NCBI GenBank assembly: GCA_051362555.1
Contig: CM120649.1
Span: 16,134,567-16,198,566, forward strand
From: Lingula anatina
Taxonomy: Eukaryota; Animalia; Brachiopoda
Length of the DNA: 64,000 bases
Direction: 5' to 3'
Below are positions 23,576 through 38,080 of the stretch, one piece after another. The position numbers and the translations under genes were made by a program. The notes under the pieces were generated by a model that saw nothing but the letters and a program-made list of their open reading frames with translations, had not been told where the DNA came from and made no database searches. Every line of letters begins with the position of its first letter. The stretch's first letter is position 1.

Positions 23576-26500
23576 CCTTCTCCCTCCAACAGTGTTTGCT
23601 AGCATAGAACTATAGGATTTTATGCTTTTGTTACCTAATAATTTTTTATCATTGAATATCGCAAGTAATCTTTGCTTATTCAAAACGTCTTGCTAAATCA
23701 CACAGTTGCTTTAAATGAGAAATCAAGGGACCAGACAAACGATAATGTGCCTTACATAATTCCAAATGCCACCCGCTGATTTAGACGATGTCTTACAGAC
23801 GTGCGTGTGCCTTGATTGGGGAATTAGTCTTCAGGCACAGTGTTATCTCATCGAAATGGAGCACTTATGTGGTTGCACGAAACATTTGCTTCCGATAGAA
23901 TAAGGTGTTATTCACAATAAAGCAATATCACAGTATATACAGTTAGCAGCACAATGAAGTAGCACTGTCCTTTTCTGTAAGCACAATATGGTAGATTCTG
24001 TAGTAGCCTAGACAGCGAACATTGTTAAATTGTAACATTCAAAGCTGAATAAATTATTATTATTATTAATAAATATATTATTGAATTGCAGAAGATTCAT
24101 ATTAACCTTTTTTTCTCAAAAGTTATAAAATAGCAAAATGAAAATTTTGCAGCAATATTGTGGCATTATTGTTATTAAATTTAAAAGGTTGCAGCAACGA
24201 GTTTGCAGGAGTTTGCAAGGAAAATTTTATTACTGCTAATATAATATGCAGCCATGTTTCAATAAATTTGTTACAAATCTGCAAGAAGGAATCGCAGGAA
24301 TTTGCGACAGGCGTGATATTTTGCTAAGGGAGGCCTTCTTGTAGCTCCTGATCCATCAGAACCAACTTGACGCCTTTTGTGGCTGGTTAGTTGCTTCTTT
24401 AAGTAAGTCCCTTGTCTGTCATGGAATCTTTTTATGCGTTACATCTACATGATTTGAATTGGAGAAGAGTCGTTTGTGGTTTTGATAACTATGCAAGTAT
24501 CTATCGCAAGATTTGCACTCGAATATTCCCCAAAGTCAAATGACCGGTCAGAATGTTTTGTCGCGTTGATTGAATTGTTGCATTCTATGTTGGTGAGTTG
24601 GCTTCTGGCTATGCCATAAATTGCAATGTGTATTAGAGAGAACCAGCGACTTCTTAATGAATTTGAACACATGCCCAAAAGCGTTAGAAGCATACATTGT
24701 TTAAGATTATTATTTACCAAATACTTATACTCATTTATGAATATAATTGTTAGATCATATCATTAAAGGACAAAAAGGGCATATAAAATCATATGAGTAA
24801 GGTTAAACTTTAAAAGTCAGATTCTGCCAACTGTTTGAATATGGAAATGATCCATGATCGCCACAGGTTCAAAATGGCAAAGGTGCTCATTGGTTGAATA
24901 TTTTAACTTTTAACATATAGAGTCAAAAACACCATGTGTGCATCCCATTTTTCCTGGGGAGGGATGGGGGAGAGATACAGTAGATACCCTGTGTCAACAT
25001 GTGACTCTCTCTATATATTATAGGTATATTTATAAAGTCTATATGTTTGATATATAAGTGGATCTATCAGACATTTTGTTTCTTCAACTTTCGTTCGATT
25101 TTACGAGGAATTTCCATTGTTGGTTCTCCACCTGTTTTCATGTAGTGACGATGACTGCGCAATCTCAACTTTTAAGTGCCTAATCATGCGATGTCTTCAT
25201 TATTTGACTGAAAAGAATCGATGCAAATTTGTGCTGTGCGTGCCCTGCTAATAGGACCCTGTGATAACGTTATTTTCAATATGTGCAACATACTGTAAAC
25301 AAGATGTGTGATGCTAAAATCCAAACAAAATCGGATGATCGCGTCCTGTTGAGATTAAGATTTTATCTGTGCCGTTCACCATGAGCTTGAAAGATTACTG
25401 ACAGCTTAAGTCCATGAATAATCAGCATGACTGTGCACATTGAAAATGGCATAAATCTAAATGTAAAACCTTTTTTGTGATCACTAAACTTATTATTATT
25501 ATTATTATTATTATTGGAAATGGCATTAAGGCACGTTTGTAAAAGGGTTATCTTCAAGTTATCCATTTAACGCAGGGTTGCGTAGCTTGAGTTAAAAATA
25601 ATAGTAATAATCCAAGAATGACCTCCATGGTTATTTGAACGGAGATCAAATTTCCCCTTTGAAGAATAAGTTGTTGAAATGTACGTTTTTGGTTTTAACA
25701 GTACTGTGCTGAGATTAAGACAGGTCCATCTGATTTCGACAAGAACATAAATTTCGACCCCTCTCCCCATCCGGTTCTTAACAAGAGTATATACTAAGGT
25801 ACGCATAGGCCCCAATGCAACATTCAACGTCTTTTAGACTAACATAATTTGCAAGATGTGGAAGAAGGCGTTTCTCTCGCACTTATCTGCGTGACCTAAG
25901 CCTGAAACGAAATCAATGGATGGGCTGCCTAATTAGGGAGCGACTCGGGACAGCACAGAAAATGTTTATGGAAACATATACATGTTCTATACACTAATTG
26001 TAGCAATGAAAGAACGAGCGTCAAAAAGATTCATTTGCAAGAATTGCGCTACTGCTGGTAAATCCAGTCTGTCATATTTCAGTGTATTCTCAATCTTCAA
26101 TAAAATGAGTTTAAAAGTTATAATAAGTTTATAAGTTGCAAAACTAAGTAATGTTGCCGTCGTCTATTCACGCCTTGTCACGTTTGGACCTCAACTCCAC
26201 TCCCCCCCCCCCCACCCCCACCCCCGTCTCGGTAACAATGTAGACGTCCCTTGCGCACGTAATAATCGACTTAATGACGTAAGACGCAATTAAAACATCC
26301 ATGATAGTCTAATTCGAGCCATTTGCATTCACTGAGTTACGTCACTAGTGTCTGCAATAGAGACACACAGAAAGCACTAATTTTCTCCAGGGTAATCAGT
26401 TTTATTATTTAGCAAGGTTTACGTTATCTACCATGGCATACCCGTGTTCTGTTGTATTGTGTGTACTTTTATAGCCCCATAACGTATCTAGCTTAATCAA

Positions 26501-26865
26501 AAATCTAGGATAATGACTGTGATATAATGGCAAAAAGCATCGTTTGGTATCAGTGAAGAGAGAGTGCTATGACTGTATTCTTGCGGGTTCCCAAGACGCC
26601 TTATATTTTACCTTACAGGCTGAGTGGAACTGAAAAATTCAGTCTGTTAAACGTTTCTTTATAGGTGAGTTTTCGAGAACTTATAAAGTTGTTCAGATAT
26701 TAACGAAGCTTAAAGATAGTGTGGACAGCGTGCGTTCAAATTAGGGCAGAGTAAGACCGGAAATAGACAAAAAAACGCCACTAGTAGCTGTTATAAGACG
26801 CAATGGGGGTTCTTAATAAACTGGCCGCCTATTGTTGACCACTGCGCAATTTAGTTTAATTCAAG

Positions 26866-27095
26866 GGACCATTCCCAGAGCCTATCGTACTAACGTTGGA
26901 TCGATCCATCTCCAAGGGGATTCTCACTAAATTGCTATCAAATTAAGCGACTTAGATGTTTCGCACACCCACTGAAGCTGTTAGGGTGTAATTAACTATC
27001 GTTTAGCGGCTTCAGTAGGCGTGCCAGACAGTTCAGTCGAAAGCAATTTAGCGAGAAATCCTTTGGGGATAGATCGACCCTGTTAGATCGATCTA
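26866..27095. mobile_element. MITE (family shared with 43057-43267)
   Basis: Inverted arms gatcgatccatctccaaggggattctcactaaattgct / agcaatttagcgagaaatcctttggggatagatcga. Outer cattcccagag motif shared with the 43-kb copy. Confidence 0.7.
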
Positions 27096-28876
27096 GGCAT
27101 ATAGTACAGTAGCATGGTAACCCAGTCTAAGCTCCTCATGAATTTGAACAATGATACATGTACAGGCACGTTGAAGCAGGGGTTTGAAAATCCTCACCGT
27201 CCATTTACTGTAACAGGCCTGGCGCCAGAAATTGATGCACTGGAAGAAATACAAGCAGATGCATAATAACATGTAACAAAAAGCCACATTTTTGTTAAAT
27301 TTGTCTTCGTTAGTTCCCTATAAATTTATAGTTCATTTCGTTGAGATATCATATTGCAGGGTGATTTGGACATAGCCTACAACGTACATGATAAACCAAA
27401 AACATTGTACAGTACTAGGAGATAAACAGACCCAATCATTTCATATCCCTAATTGCCTATTATCAGGCACAGTTATCTAATTCGAATAGACGTTTGCTTA
27501 AAATTAGTTTATCGAGGAGAAATGATGAGCACAGTAGGACTATTGCAGTTTCTCGTGGCATTTCTAGTCGCTACATGGCAGTGGCCAGATTTGTTTCGAT
27601 ATTTTAATAAAACTTTATTCCTTCGCTTTTAAGTGTATATCTATCCAGTGATGTTTTCGTACGATTAATACTTTATATTTAGTTTTGAGAATAGCAGGTA
27701 GGTGGTAAGCTGAGATGGCTTGAAACCCATAACGGGAACAATAGGGGATACGTTAGCAATTGATTTTTTAAAATCTATTTGGGGTTATGTTTTATGTTGG
27801 TAAGTTACTTTGTATTGGCGTTCAAAATGCATCCAAGATACCGAAAAAAAACATTAATGACGAAACTACACTATTAGTTCTCTGTCGCATCTACTGGTAA
27901 GCTTCGTTATTTGAAAGAATAAAATTTATACAGATATCCAAAGCTAAGGGCTAAGAGTACAAGTTAAGAGAAGAAACTGCGGAGCTGTTGAAACAGATTT
28001 TATGGTGCATCATATTGTTTTTTTATGCATTGATATATTCCCAACTGATAATAATAAGGTTCAGGCAGGTTCTTTATTTTTTAGGTTGATATTTTGATAT
28101 TGTTTGGAATATGTACTTTATTGTTTAAATTTTTCACTGAAAATATCAATCAGGAACTTTCACTTTAACTTTCAGTAGTTAAAACACGTAGGTAGCGTAC
28201 ATGGTACGTGTTAGGTACTAGCTATTATGGTTAACAAGGGAATTTTTTTAACGTTGACTAATATAAAATTCGCAGAATAACTCCAGAATGGTTTTCCGAA
28301 CCACAACAACCTAATTAGAGACAGATGCATTCTGCATAAAGCTATCATGACATACGCGAAGTGGAATATTCAAAATTCCATAGAATATGCTACGTTCATG
28401 TTACAAAATTCAGAACAAAATAGACAAACGTGACAAGCAGTATTTTTGTGATATCTGCCAACACAATGGCATGTTTTGCTGAAGTATTGACAATTGACGC
28501 ATTAGATGACCTATCGACAAGTGTCTCAAATTTCAGAACGAACAATGCATTATTCTCACTCGCCAGTTCATTTTTCTATTCAGCTACATCTCTGTCACAA
28601 GAGCCATCTCCAGAGATAGCTACTGCTTGAAAGGTTTCATTTTAATTGTTTGACAAACTCAGGGAGACAAAGCTTGGTGTTCACAAGAATCATATAGTAC
28701 AGTATCATATAGTACGTCTTTAAATTGGCCATAAATCCTATAGGGTCCTTTACAACATGTGTCCAATAGCGCGTCCTGTAGGATTTCTATAGAGCTCACT
28801 GGAGTCCTGTAGATTTCTATATGTACTGACTAATTTCCGTATTCTTTAATTGAAGATTAAGTGTCTATGTCTGATT

Positions 28877-28878
<2 letters not shown>

Positions 28879-28944
<66 letters not shown>
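28879..28944. repeat. (TA)n microsatellite
   Basis: Direct reading. Confidence 0.95.
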
Positions 28945-28948
<4 letters not shown>

Positions 28949-31590
28949 TTTACAGTTACCAGGGACATATGGTAGCGTGCCAATCGACAAATTGTCAATT
29001 CTAATGAGATTTTCAACTAGCCTTCCAACAGACAAGACCAAACTGCCAATGCTCCAAATTAAAATGGTACTCCTGCACTTAAAAGGAAAAAAATCTTCTC
29101 ATTCTTGCATGTAACCCATGCAACCAGAAAAATTCGCTATCTGTTTTTTATTTCTCATATAGTTCATTGAAAAAAAACATTTTTCAAGGTACAAGTAACC
29201 TGGAGAGACCGTGGGAGTAGAGTTCAAAATAGCTGGCACGCAATGGCAGTATCAATTTTTCATTACCTTTCTAACACAAATGGAGACAGATGAGGCCTAT
29301 CAAGAAACGTCATTGTTCACGTAGTGAAAAAATGAATTTAACTCCTGGAATTCTTGCCATTCAGCGAATGCAAAGTCAGAGGAAAAAGAGCGCATTGTAA
29401 GGTAGGTGCATGGTGAGCGAATTTAGTCTCTAAGAGTAATAATTTTTTATTAATTATATAGTTTACCCAAGAGTTCCTTTTGACGGTCTGGTATTCACCT
29501 CCAGCAAAACAAAATCGGATTACTTTCAACTGTCAGCTGTCGGCTTCCTGTGTGCATGCTGAAATTCAAGAAAAGGGCATAATCTCCGGCTCGTGAGAGC
29601 GTGAGTAGAGACATAATTCCAGGGCACGTTTTTTGGCAGATTATATGGAGGCAACGCGTTGTAATTTTGCCGGCAACATGTCACCATGGAAGGTGCTGCA
29701 TATGTAATACTGGTCAATATTTTGGGCACTGATTATGCTGGGCATGAAATATTTAATTACGTTCATTCGTCCGGAAGCAGTGCCGTAGTGCAAGTCTTAG
29801 AAGACAACCAGGATTCACACATGTAATGTTAAATTAATGAGGCTTCATATCTTGGAGACAGGTGATTTGTAACGGTAATGAAATATGGCAGACCTTTATT
29901 TGTCATGCATCTTACTCTTCATTTCCACGTCCTCTTGAATAGGGCACCAATTACCGCGTTATTTTTGGGTGAAAGACTAATATTGTACAAGTCCTGCGTC
30001 TGTTTAAGTGTAAAATGCTCTTCACAGTACAATAACAAAATTTCACCAATGAATCATACAAGCTATAAAAATCGAGCATTGGTTTACGCGCTCTTTCTCT
30101 CCTTCTCTCTCTCTCTCTCTCTGTGTGTGTGAGTTTTTGGGAAGGATGCATTGCTTTGAAATTGCATTCAAACTGAGTCTAGTTAACCAGGGTTCAGCCG
30201 TCCCATATGGCACGTTGGGATGCATATCTCCATGTATATATGAGTATATATACATGCCCATGGCTTCTAGACAATCAATGCATCGATCACTTCACAAATG
30301 AAGCTGTCACTAAGGTATAAAAGTGGACTTCTCCTGGGGCACATTAAGGTAATATGCCGAAGACTTTACTGCTAGAACAGGAAGGGCAAGTTCTAAGTCA
30401 TGGAGAACGATCTTTGAACTTTTTACTTGAAATCGCTTTTAAGTATGACGGATGGTGTTAATATTTGGTGCCGTTGATCAAGATGCATTGAGAGCCCAGC
30501 TCAGAAATATAAGTCGAGGTACTGGTCATATTAGTAAAATGTTGGGTTAAGGAATGTCACTTAATTTTTTTATGTGATTGATTTTATTATTGTCAGCTAC
30601 ACAGTATAAAAATAATGTGATTTCAATATTTGTATTTAAATCTTACATAAAGGACGGGGGCTTTGTTGATCATTTAAATTGTTTCTGTAGTAGCATTTTT
30701 TGTTTACAATTTTGTGGAATCGCCTTAATGATACGTATACTGAAAGAGCTTTTTACTTCGTGAAATGAAGAAAGAAGGCCCGGTTTTACAAAGGCATGTC
30801 GTATCATTTGGACTTTATTTTCTCAAGGGCCTGTCATTGAGTAACCGTTATTTTCACGCTGAAGTTGCATATTCCGAGCTTCCAATGAGGTAAATACGTT
30901 CCCAAGGCGCACGCGTGAAGGCGTATTACATGCATTAATCAGTGTTACTATTTAACCGCTTGAAATACACTGCTTAAGGCAATCATCATCAGCAAACCTG
31001 TGAATACTTTCATTATTACAATCCCCTTGCAGTTAGCATTTACGTCATTAATTTAGCTTGATGTCTTGTTTGGTTCGTGGCGATTAAAATGTCATTCAGG
31101 AGTGTCCAGAAGACTTTCAAAGCCTTATACATCAAATAAAGCTTTCACCTGTGCCTTTTGACATAAAAAATGTGGTCAGCAGTGGCTTTTTGTTACATAC
31201 ATGTAAGTCTGTTTCGTTAATGGAACTAGTACGTACTTAACTTGTACCTATAGGAGGGGCGTTGTCCATTTTCCCTGTTAAAACACACATTTGGGATCAA
31301 CTGCGCATTTTATCTACACAGTCATTAATGAGTTGCCCTGCCAAATATGATGCCTAGGCGACATCGGCTTTTTTCTCAAGCTTTCGTAATATTCCGTTCT
31401 TCTTAGTCCATATTTCTATTCATCCAGTAAACACCCAATCCAAGGATCTTTTGAGTTTTATTTTCTACTAAAGAACAACGCTTGAGGACACAACTTCAAA
31501 ACGAAGTTGGCCTTTGCGTGAACCCTGCCTTTAAGAAATAGGCGCTTTAAAAGCTTGCAGTCAGAACTGCCATTGTGATTGATCGACGTT

Positions 31591-31848
31591 GTGTCTCGTT
31601 GCCTTCAAACCATTGTATTGAATCTATTCGAATGGCATTTACGCAAAAAAAGTAATTCTGATTCTTAAACCTGTCATTAAATATGTTCAAAGATATCCCG
31701 TTGCGTTATTTTACCATTTGACGTGTCTCGTTGCCTTCTAACCATGGTATTGAGTCTATTTGAATGGCATTTACACAAAAAGTATTTCTGATTCTTAAAC
31801 CTGTTATTAAATACGTCAAAGATATCCCATTGTGTTATTTTACCATTT
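31591..31848. repeat. Diverged 132-bp tandem duplication
   Basis: gtgtctcgttgccttc...ttattttaccattt starts at 31591 and again at 31723. Confidence 0.85.
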
Positions 31849-34800
31849 AGATATGAATAACACTGTGAATAGAAAGATGTACACAGCACTTGCATTGATA
31901 TATAGAAAAATTATATAAATATATATTTCAGTACTTCGTTGCCAACAGATCGGTTCCGTGTAGGTCTCCCGTATACTGTTAGTCACATTCTACAAGCTAA
32001 GGTAATTACTTTGCGGATATATTTCGACTTCATTCTGTGTGAAATGCACTTTGACTGGGTATATCCTAAAATGACTTAATACTACATTTAGTCAGCAAAG
32101 CAATGTAGTCAATGATAAACCTTTGCACACTACAATTAAGTGAGGTTTTCAAAGATGGACACGGCCCAATTAGATCATTGACATTTCTCTGTCGCTTTAC
32201 TGACCAACATGTCATTTCTGAAGTTTTTTAGGTTTTTCTTGGGTGTTATACAGACCGTGAGAAACGATTCTGATGTCACGTATTAGTAATTAATTACTTA
32301 ATATAAGTTAAGTACATGGCCAAAAGTCAGTTTTTGTGTTAATTACACATGATCACGACACAGCAAGAGGGCAAAGTTAAGGAGAATTAAGATATATTGA
32401 TTTCTTATACAGTGGGCAAAGTGAGATAGGAAAGTGTACAGTTTTGCAAAGCATGACAGAAGACGGTTGGTTTATTATTGCATGAACCTTGTTGCTTTTG
32501 CAAGAAGGATGTTCGCAGCTCCACAATTACACAGGACTTGATTCGCATGCACAGAAAAAGCACTGAAGCACATATTCAACAGAATGCTTAGACAGGATTA
32601 AGATAATGTTACCACCCACCAACCAACCTGATAAAAACGTTCATGCTAGGCCAGTCATACGACGTAGATCAGATTATAATATGAGATATGTCAACCCGGT
32701 CGAGGGATCTTCTCCTGAAGTAAACCGCACACATTGAGTTAATATGTTGATAACGGAGGCTGCAAAGCTCACGTAGAGTTTGCCAGAGGTTCTGCAAGTT
32801 TGCCTTCACTGGATCAATCTCATTCGACGTTATATTATATCCACTTTCCGCAATAGGGGAAATACCGTTTTTTGAGGAACACATCACGATCAGAGAGACA
32901 ACAAATGCTTTAATTGGAAGGAAACTCGTTCAGGAGATCTGACGGAATTTGCATTGGTATTGGCATTTCCGGAGAAGAAGATCGATCTTTTGGAATTAAG
33001 AGACAGCGGAAGGAGAGAGTACTTTATCCGGACAGTTGCGTGCTTAAGGTAAAGTGATATGCAGTATGTCTGTGTAATACGTTCTGTTCCTATATGTAAA
33101 ACTGTTACAATGAAGCCATTACTGTCAATGTTATGTAAACAGCGCAACGGAGACTGTGCATGTAAGTTATCATATGCTTTTGACTTGTGTATTATGGTTT
33201 TCAACTCGTTTTATTGTATCTTTATTTATCACTCTTATACTGGATTATCACTCACTGTCTAAAAATGTGTGGATTGTTAGGGCTCATTTCCAATGAAACT
33301 ATCGTTCTACGTAGATCGATCCAACTCCGTGAACATGTGAATAGTAAATGACAAAAAACAGAAATTAGTAAGTGGGAAAAGTGAAACACCAGAGAAAAAG
33401 GGTAAGACAGGTTGGAAAACGAGTATACTATAACATTATCGAACTCTCGGAAAATGAGTAAGTGCACATGTAGGCCTACATTGTAGGATAGGCCTATACA
33501 TGTGCATAGGACCCCTTGTTTTACCAATCTTTTTGGTAAGAATAACTACAAACAAGACATAAAAATGGTTAAAGAAACTCATACATTGTACACGCACATA
33601 ATGGCAACAAAGAAACTGGAGGTACAATGTATAATGAAAAAAAGTAAATATAACTGTGTCATTTTCAAGCTGAAGGCGAGGGTGCAGCAATGAAACCTAC
33701 AAATCATTTATAGCTACACTGAGCACATGTAGTTTCTCCCTTGCCTTTGGCTCAGCCCCCAATGTATAACGGTTAAACTTCTTTTGCATTACATGTACAT
33801 GGGGATGCGTCATCATCAAGTTATAGCAATGTCGTGAAAACAATATTTTAGCATCAGTGGTAAATCAAGCATTTTAGGAAAATGACATTACATGTAACAC
33901 ATGCAAAAATACTATAGCGAAAGACTTTTTGGAAAAAAAGTGGGACAATTTGTCGAGGCAATTTGTCATCAGTTTTGAGTGCATGTCCGTCCCCGATGGC
34001 CGGTGAATTAAGTGTAATTATAACCTAATGATGATGAATTGGCACTCCGTGTAGGCGATAATGCACTTCACGTATTTTCCCCTCATTTTCAAGTTCACGC
34101 ACTTTTGCCTAATTGTTTAATGAAAGCCATGAATCAAAATATACAGCGGAAGAATATATGGTGATGTTATTAGTAGCCTCACGCACTGTATTTAATGTGC
34201 ATTACTGGGCCTGGCCGGCCTGGCCGTTATTTTGTAGGATCATCGTTCAAGTGCTTCTTAAAATTCCCTTAATTATTGTCGTTTCTGCTTCCAGTTTCAA
34301 GAAGGCACGTGCGGTATATTTTGTTCTCCCAGAAATTGCATACTGTCATCCAAGTAAAATTGCAACCAATGAACACGTGAGAGATGGTTGTTTTACATTA
34401 GTACCAAAATCTAGTTTTAGGCAGATTTATAAACCATACCGTACGTTTCACAATAATTTACAGAGACCAAGAAAAACGAAAACCAAAAGCACATTGCTAC
34501 TTGATAACGACGTCGACGTTCGTGCACGTAATCGAGGTGATTTATTGGCCCACGGGTGGTCCAATCGTTGGATCAGCTGTTGTTAAAGAAGCAGAAACAG
34601 ATAACAACGAATGAACAAACAGACGTACAGAAAAACAGATTAACAACTTGCTCGACATTTATACCATCATCATCGTCATATCAGAAATATATATATTTTT
34701 TTTCAGTTGGCAGATGATTTTCTAAGCTTCTTTTCATGCTCAATGTGTACTGTCGTGTAAAGCAAATCAAAGTCAGTAGATTGAAGAAATCAAGTAACAT

Positions 34801-37800
34801 TCATCATGACCTCAATTGCATTGGCTCTTTCATATTATTGGCAGAAAACCTCATGTTTTGTACTCTTAATAGTGATATGAATGTAAACGCACCGGTTATG
34901 ACCCACATAAAATACACCATGACCTGTGGCAATGGTAAAAGCAGTGGTAGCTTAAAAAATCCAAACATATGCATGCATGTGTATTGCTTACTGTTGTCCC
35001 TGTAGCTAATATTATATTTCTTAGGTGAGAATCTATCTTTCTAAAATGTAAATAAAAGTTATTATCAGGCACGTGCAAGTATTGCAGATGTAGTCGTCAA
35101 CTTTGCTAAATGTATTTATTGTAGATATCAATATCACTGTTTTGATTTGATTTGGTTTGTGCCCTACATACACATACAGGTGCATGGGGAATGAATTCCA
35201 TTTATACAAGAAGCTGTAATCACTACTGAGCCTAATCATATCAGATTACAAATGGACATTACACTGGCTGTCGCTTAATCCCATGTTGTACAAAGAATGA
35301 GCTGCAGATCTCGTCGAACATCTTAGTTACTGTACAGGATATCACTACTCCAGCAAGATAAATGGCCAACGTGTGATGGCGAGTCGTCCATTTGTACGTT
35401 GCTTGGCAGGGTTTATTTTGAAGATGGTAGGTTGAATTAATGCTCACAGAAAGATGCCCGTTTATTACATCAGCCGTATCTCAATCGCATCTGGATATGT
35501 TATTATTTGGATTTTTCGCCCAACATCAAGGTAAATATGCCGAATTTGATGGCTTCAGCAAGACGAATTCCCAGCATGTGCTGAAACTGTATACTAGAAA
35601 TACTTGCCTTGCCGTATCAATTTGGACATGGTTATATTGCAAACACGTGTTGCATCTGTGTTGAAACTGTGTTTTTTTATTTCTCTCTATTTTTGAAGTA
35701 GATTCACCGATGAATTTGGTAAATGCCAAGCCTATGTTTAAAAGATAATCTTGTGAAAAGTACTTCGTTGGGAATTGCTTACGTCATGCATTTGAGATAT
35801 ACCATATTTGCATGTCTTAATTGATCGATCTTCTACTGTAAGCCATCATTAGTGTTTCGTTTCACGTTTCATGAAAAAAATCACAGATAATATCAGCATA
35901 AATAGTTTGTATTAATTAGGTACGTGTTTAGGCATGGATACAAATACTTAAGGATTTTAAGAAACTCATTAATTGATTCTCATTAATAACCTGAAAGCAC
36001 TCTGACAAACGTAATGCAGCATTCACACGAAGCTGTAGTCTAAGCATGTAATAAAATCCTCGTACGCGGTTACAGTGTATATCAGTGAGGAATTGTTACC
36101 ATACATATGACCGAAGGTGAGAAATTATGCATTAATTGTCCAATAAACGTGCATGTACTCGTCAAATATCCAAAGATAAGAAAAAAGAAAAAAGATCTAG
36201 TCCATATCCCCTAAACTTAAAACAGATAAGGTATTATTCAAGCAGTGTGATTTGGAAAATATAGAATATTCGTAAACAATGAATATATACATTTCCGTGA
36301 TGTCTGAATATGCCATTTGGAGACATCATACAGCGAGTAGTTCTTGGCTGTCTTGTCCTTTGATTGATTGCTTATGCAAAATCACGTTTTTTTGCCAAGG
36401 GTGCTTCAGAGATAAGATTGATTTGACCAACCGCAACTTGTATATGTGTATCCATGATTCGGCGCGCTCAGAGAATATTCCTGTGATTGACGCAAGATTG
36501 GTGTGAGAATGCGTCAGCGCTGTTGGCTTTTGAGGGAGAATAACCTATCATCAATTAAAAAAAAAACAAAAAACAGAATAATATTTTTTTTTATTGCCTC
36601 CACCCTACTTATGCTATTTATTCTGTTTTTTAACAAATTAAATAGCGTATAATAATTTCATTTTGTGTAAACCTGCATGTATTTCACTTATTTTATTTAA
36701 ATTTGCTTTTATGATCTTATAGATCGTATGTCATTTAACATTTCACGACCCCAGCCCTTACTGATTCAATTCAATTCAATCTTATTTAATAATACAACAA
36801 CTATTACTCCGTTATATATTATTTCCCTGGCGCCGGATGAACTTGCCAAATTTCTTTCCCATTCATATGGAGTCATGTAGCCTTTCTATAGGAGTGTATG
36901 TGAAACCCTGAGAGTATATTAATAATTGCTATGGGAGTAATCACAATTCATGTACTTTTACCACTGCTTTACATGACCTGGTTAAAAACAGGTTATGGCT
37001 GGCAGTATTCCCAGGTAAGATGTATGGATTTAACATATATGTATATAGGATATAATGCTGTCAATTTTTTTACAATACAACACAAATCTTGAAAATAACT
37101 ACGTTAGCTTAATGACGCATAAAAAAGGTCGATTTTAATGAAAAAAATCGCCCAATATTATTTCGACTGAAAAAGCTCTTTTGGATCGAGGGCAAGATTG
37201 GAAACCAGTCACATTTAAATCAATAGAGGCAGACTCCACCTGTCTTTATTCACTTTTTTACACGCTGTGTAAGGTTGACGCATTTGACAATAATGCACAT
37301 TAATATATCTTTGTAGATGATTTCAATCTGAAATTGTTTATTTTCGGCACAATTTTAAACCGCTTTAACACTAGACTTGCCGCCGCTTGGAGAACGACAT
37401 TGGCCTATACTCTCACCATTGTGACTGCGGCTTCTTGGGATGCTTTCTCTCGTAATCTCCACACCTTATTACCGGCCCATGCGTATTTGTGCTAGGCAGA
37501 ATGACCGTGCTGATCCACTCCCAGTGTTTTTACGGGAAATAATTAGTCTTTTAGGGTGAATATTGATCGCCCGAAAATATATCGTTCCGTCTTTGAGTCA
37601 CACACACCTCATGGACATTTTGCTCGGGTCAAATGGCGGCCATATTGCATACTAGTAACTTTATACCAGGTCACATATGTTTTACAACTTACGGTAATGT
37701 ATTACACAACATGTATGTACATGAACAACAGTGGATAAAATTAATAATAAAAATTTTCCTCGGTATTTTAATACGGTATGATATATATATAGGTTTAATA

Positions 37801-37843
37801 TTTCGTGTTGTGTATATTTCAGGTAGCATGCAGAGTGCCTGTG

Positions 37844-38031
37844 ATGACCCTTGACGTCGTATATGCTGTCGCACACTACGTGGTAGCCATTATGCTGTGT
37901 GCACCTATTGTTACACATGGGGAGCACAAGAGTACGTAAATCTTTCTCTTTTTCTCTCTCTCTTTACTTCGTCGTTCTCTCTGTTCGTGACACATTCATG
38001 CGCGTGCAACCCCCCCTCCTGCGCACACACT

Positions 38032-38080
<49 letters not shown>

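Noticed and set aside
28430-28630. GC-richer, coding-looking patch
   Set aside because: In-frame stop on minus, no recognisable domain or flanking splice sites.
34113-34586. 157-aa plus-strand ORF
   Set aside because: No ATG start, domain motifs or exon boundaries. Likely a chance ORF.
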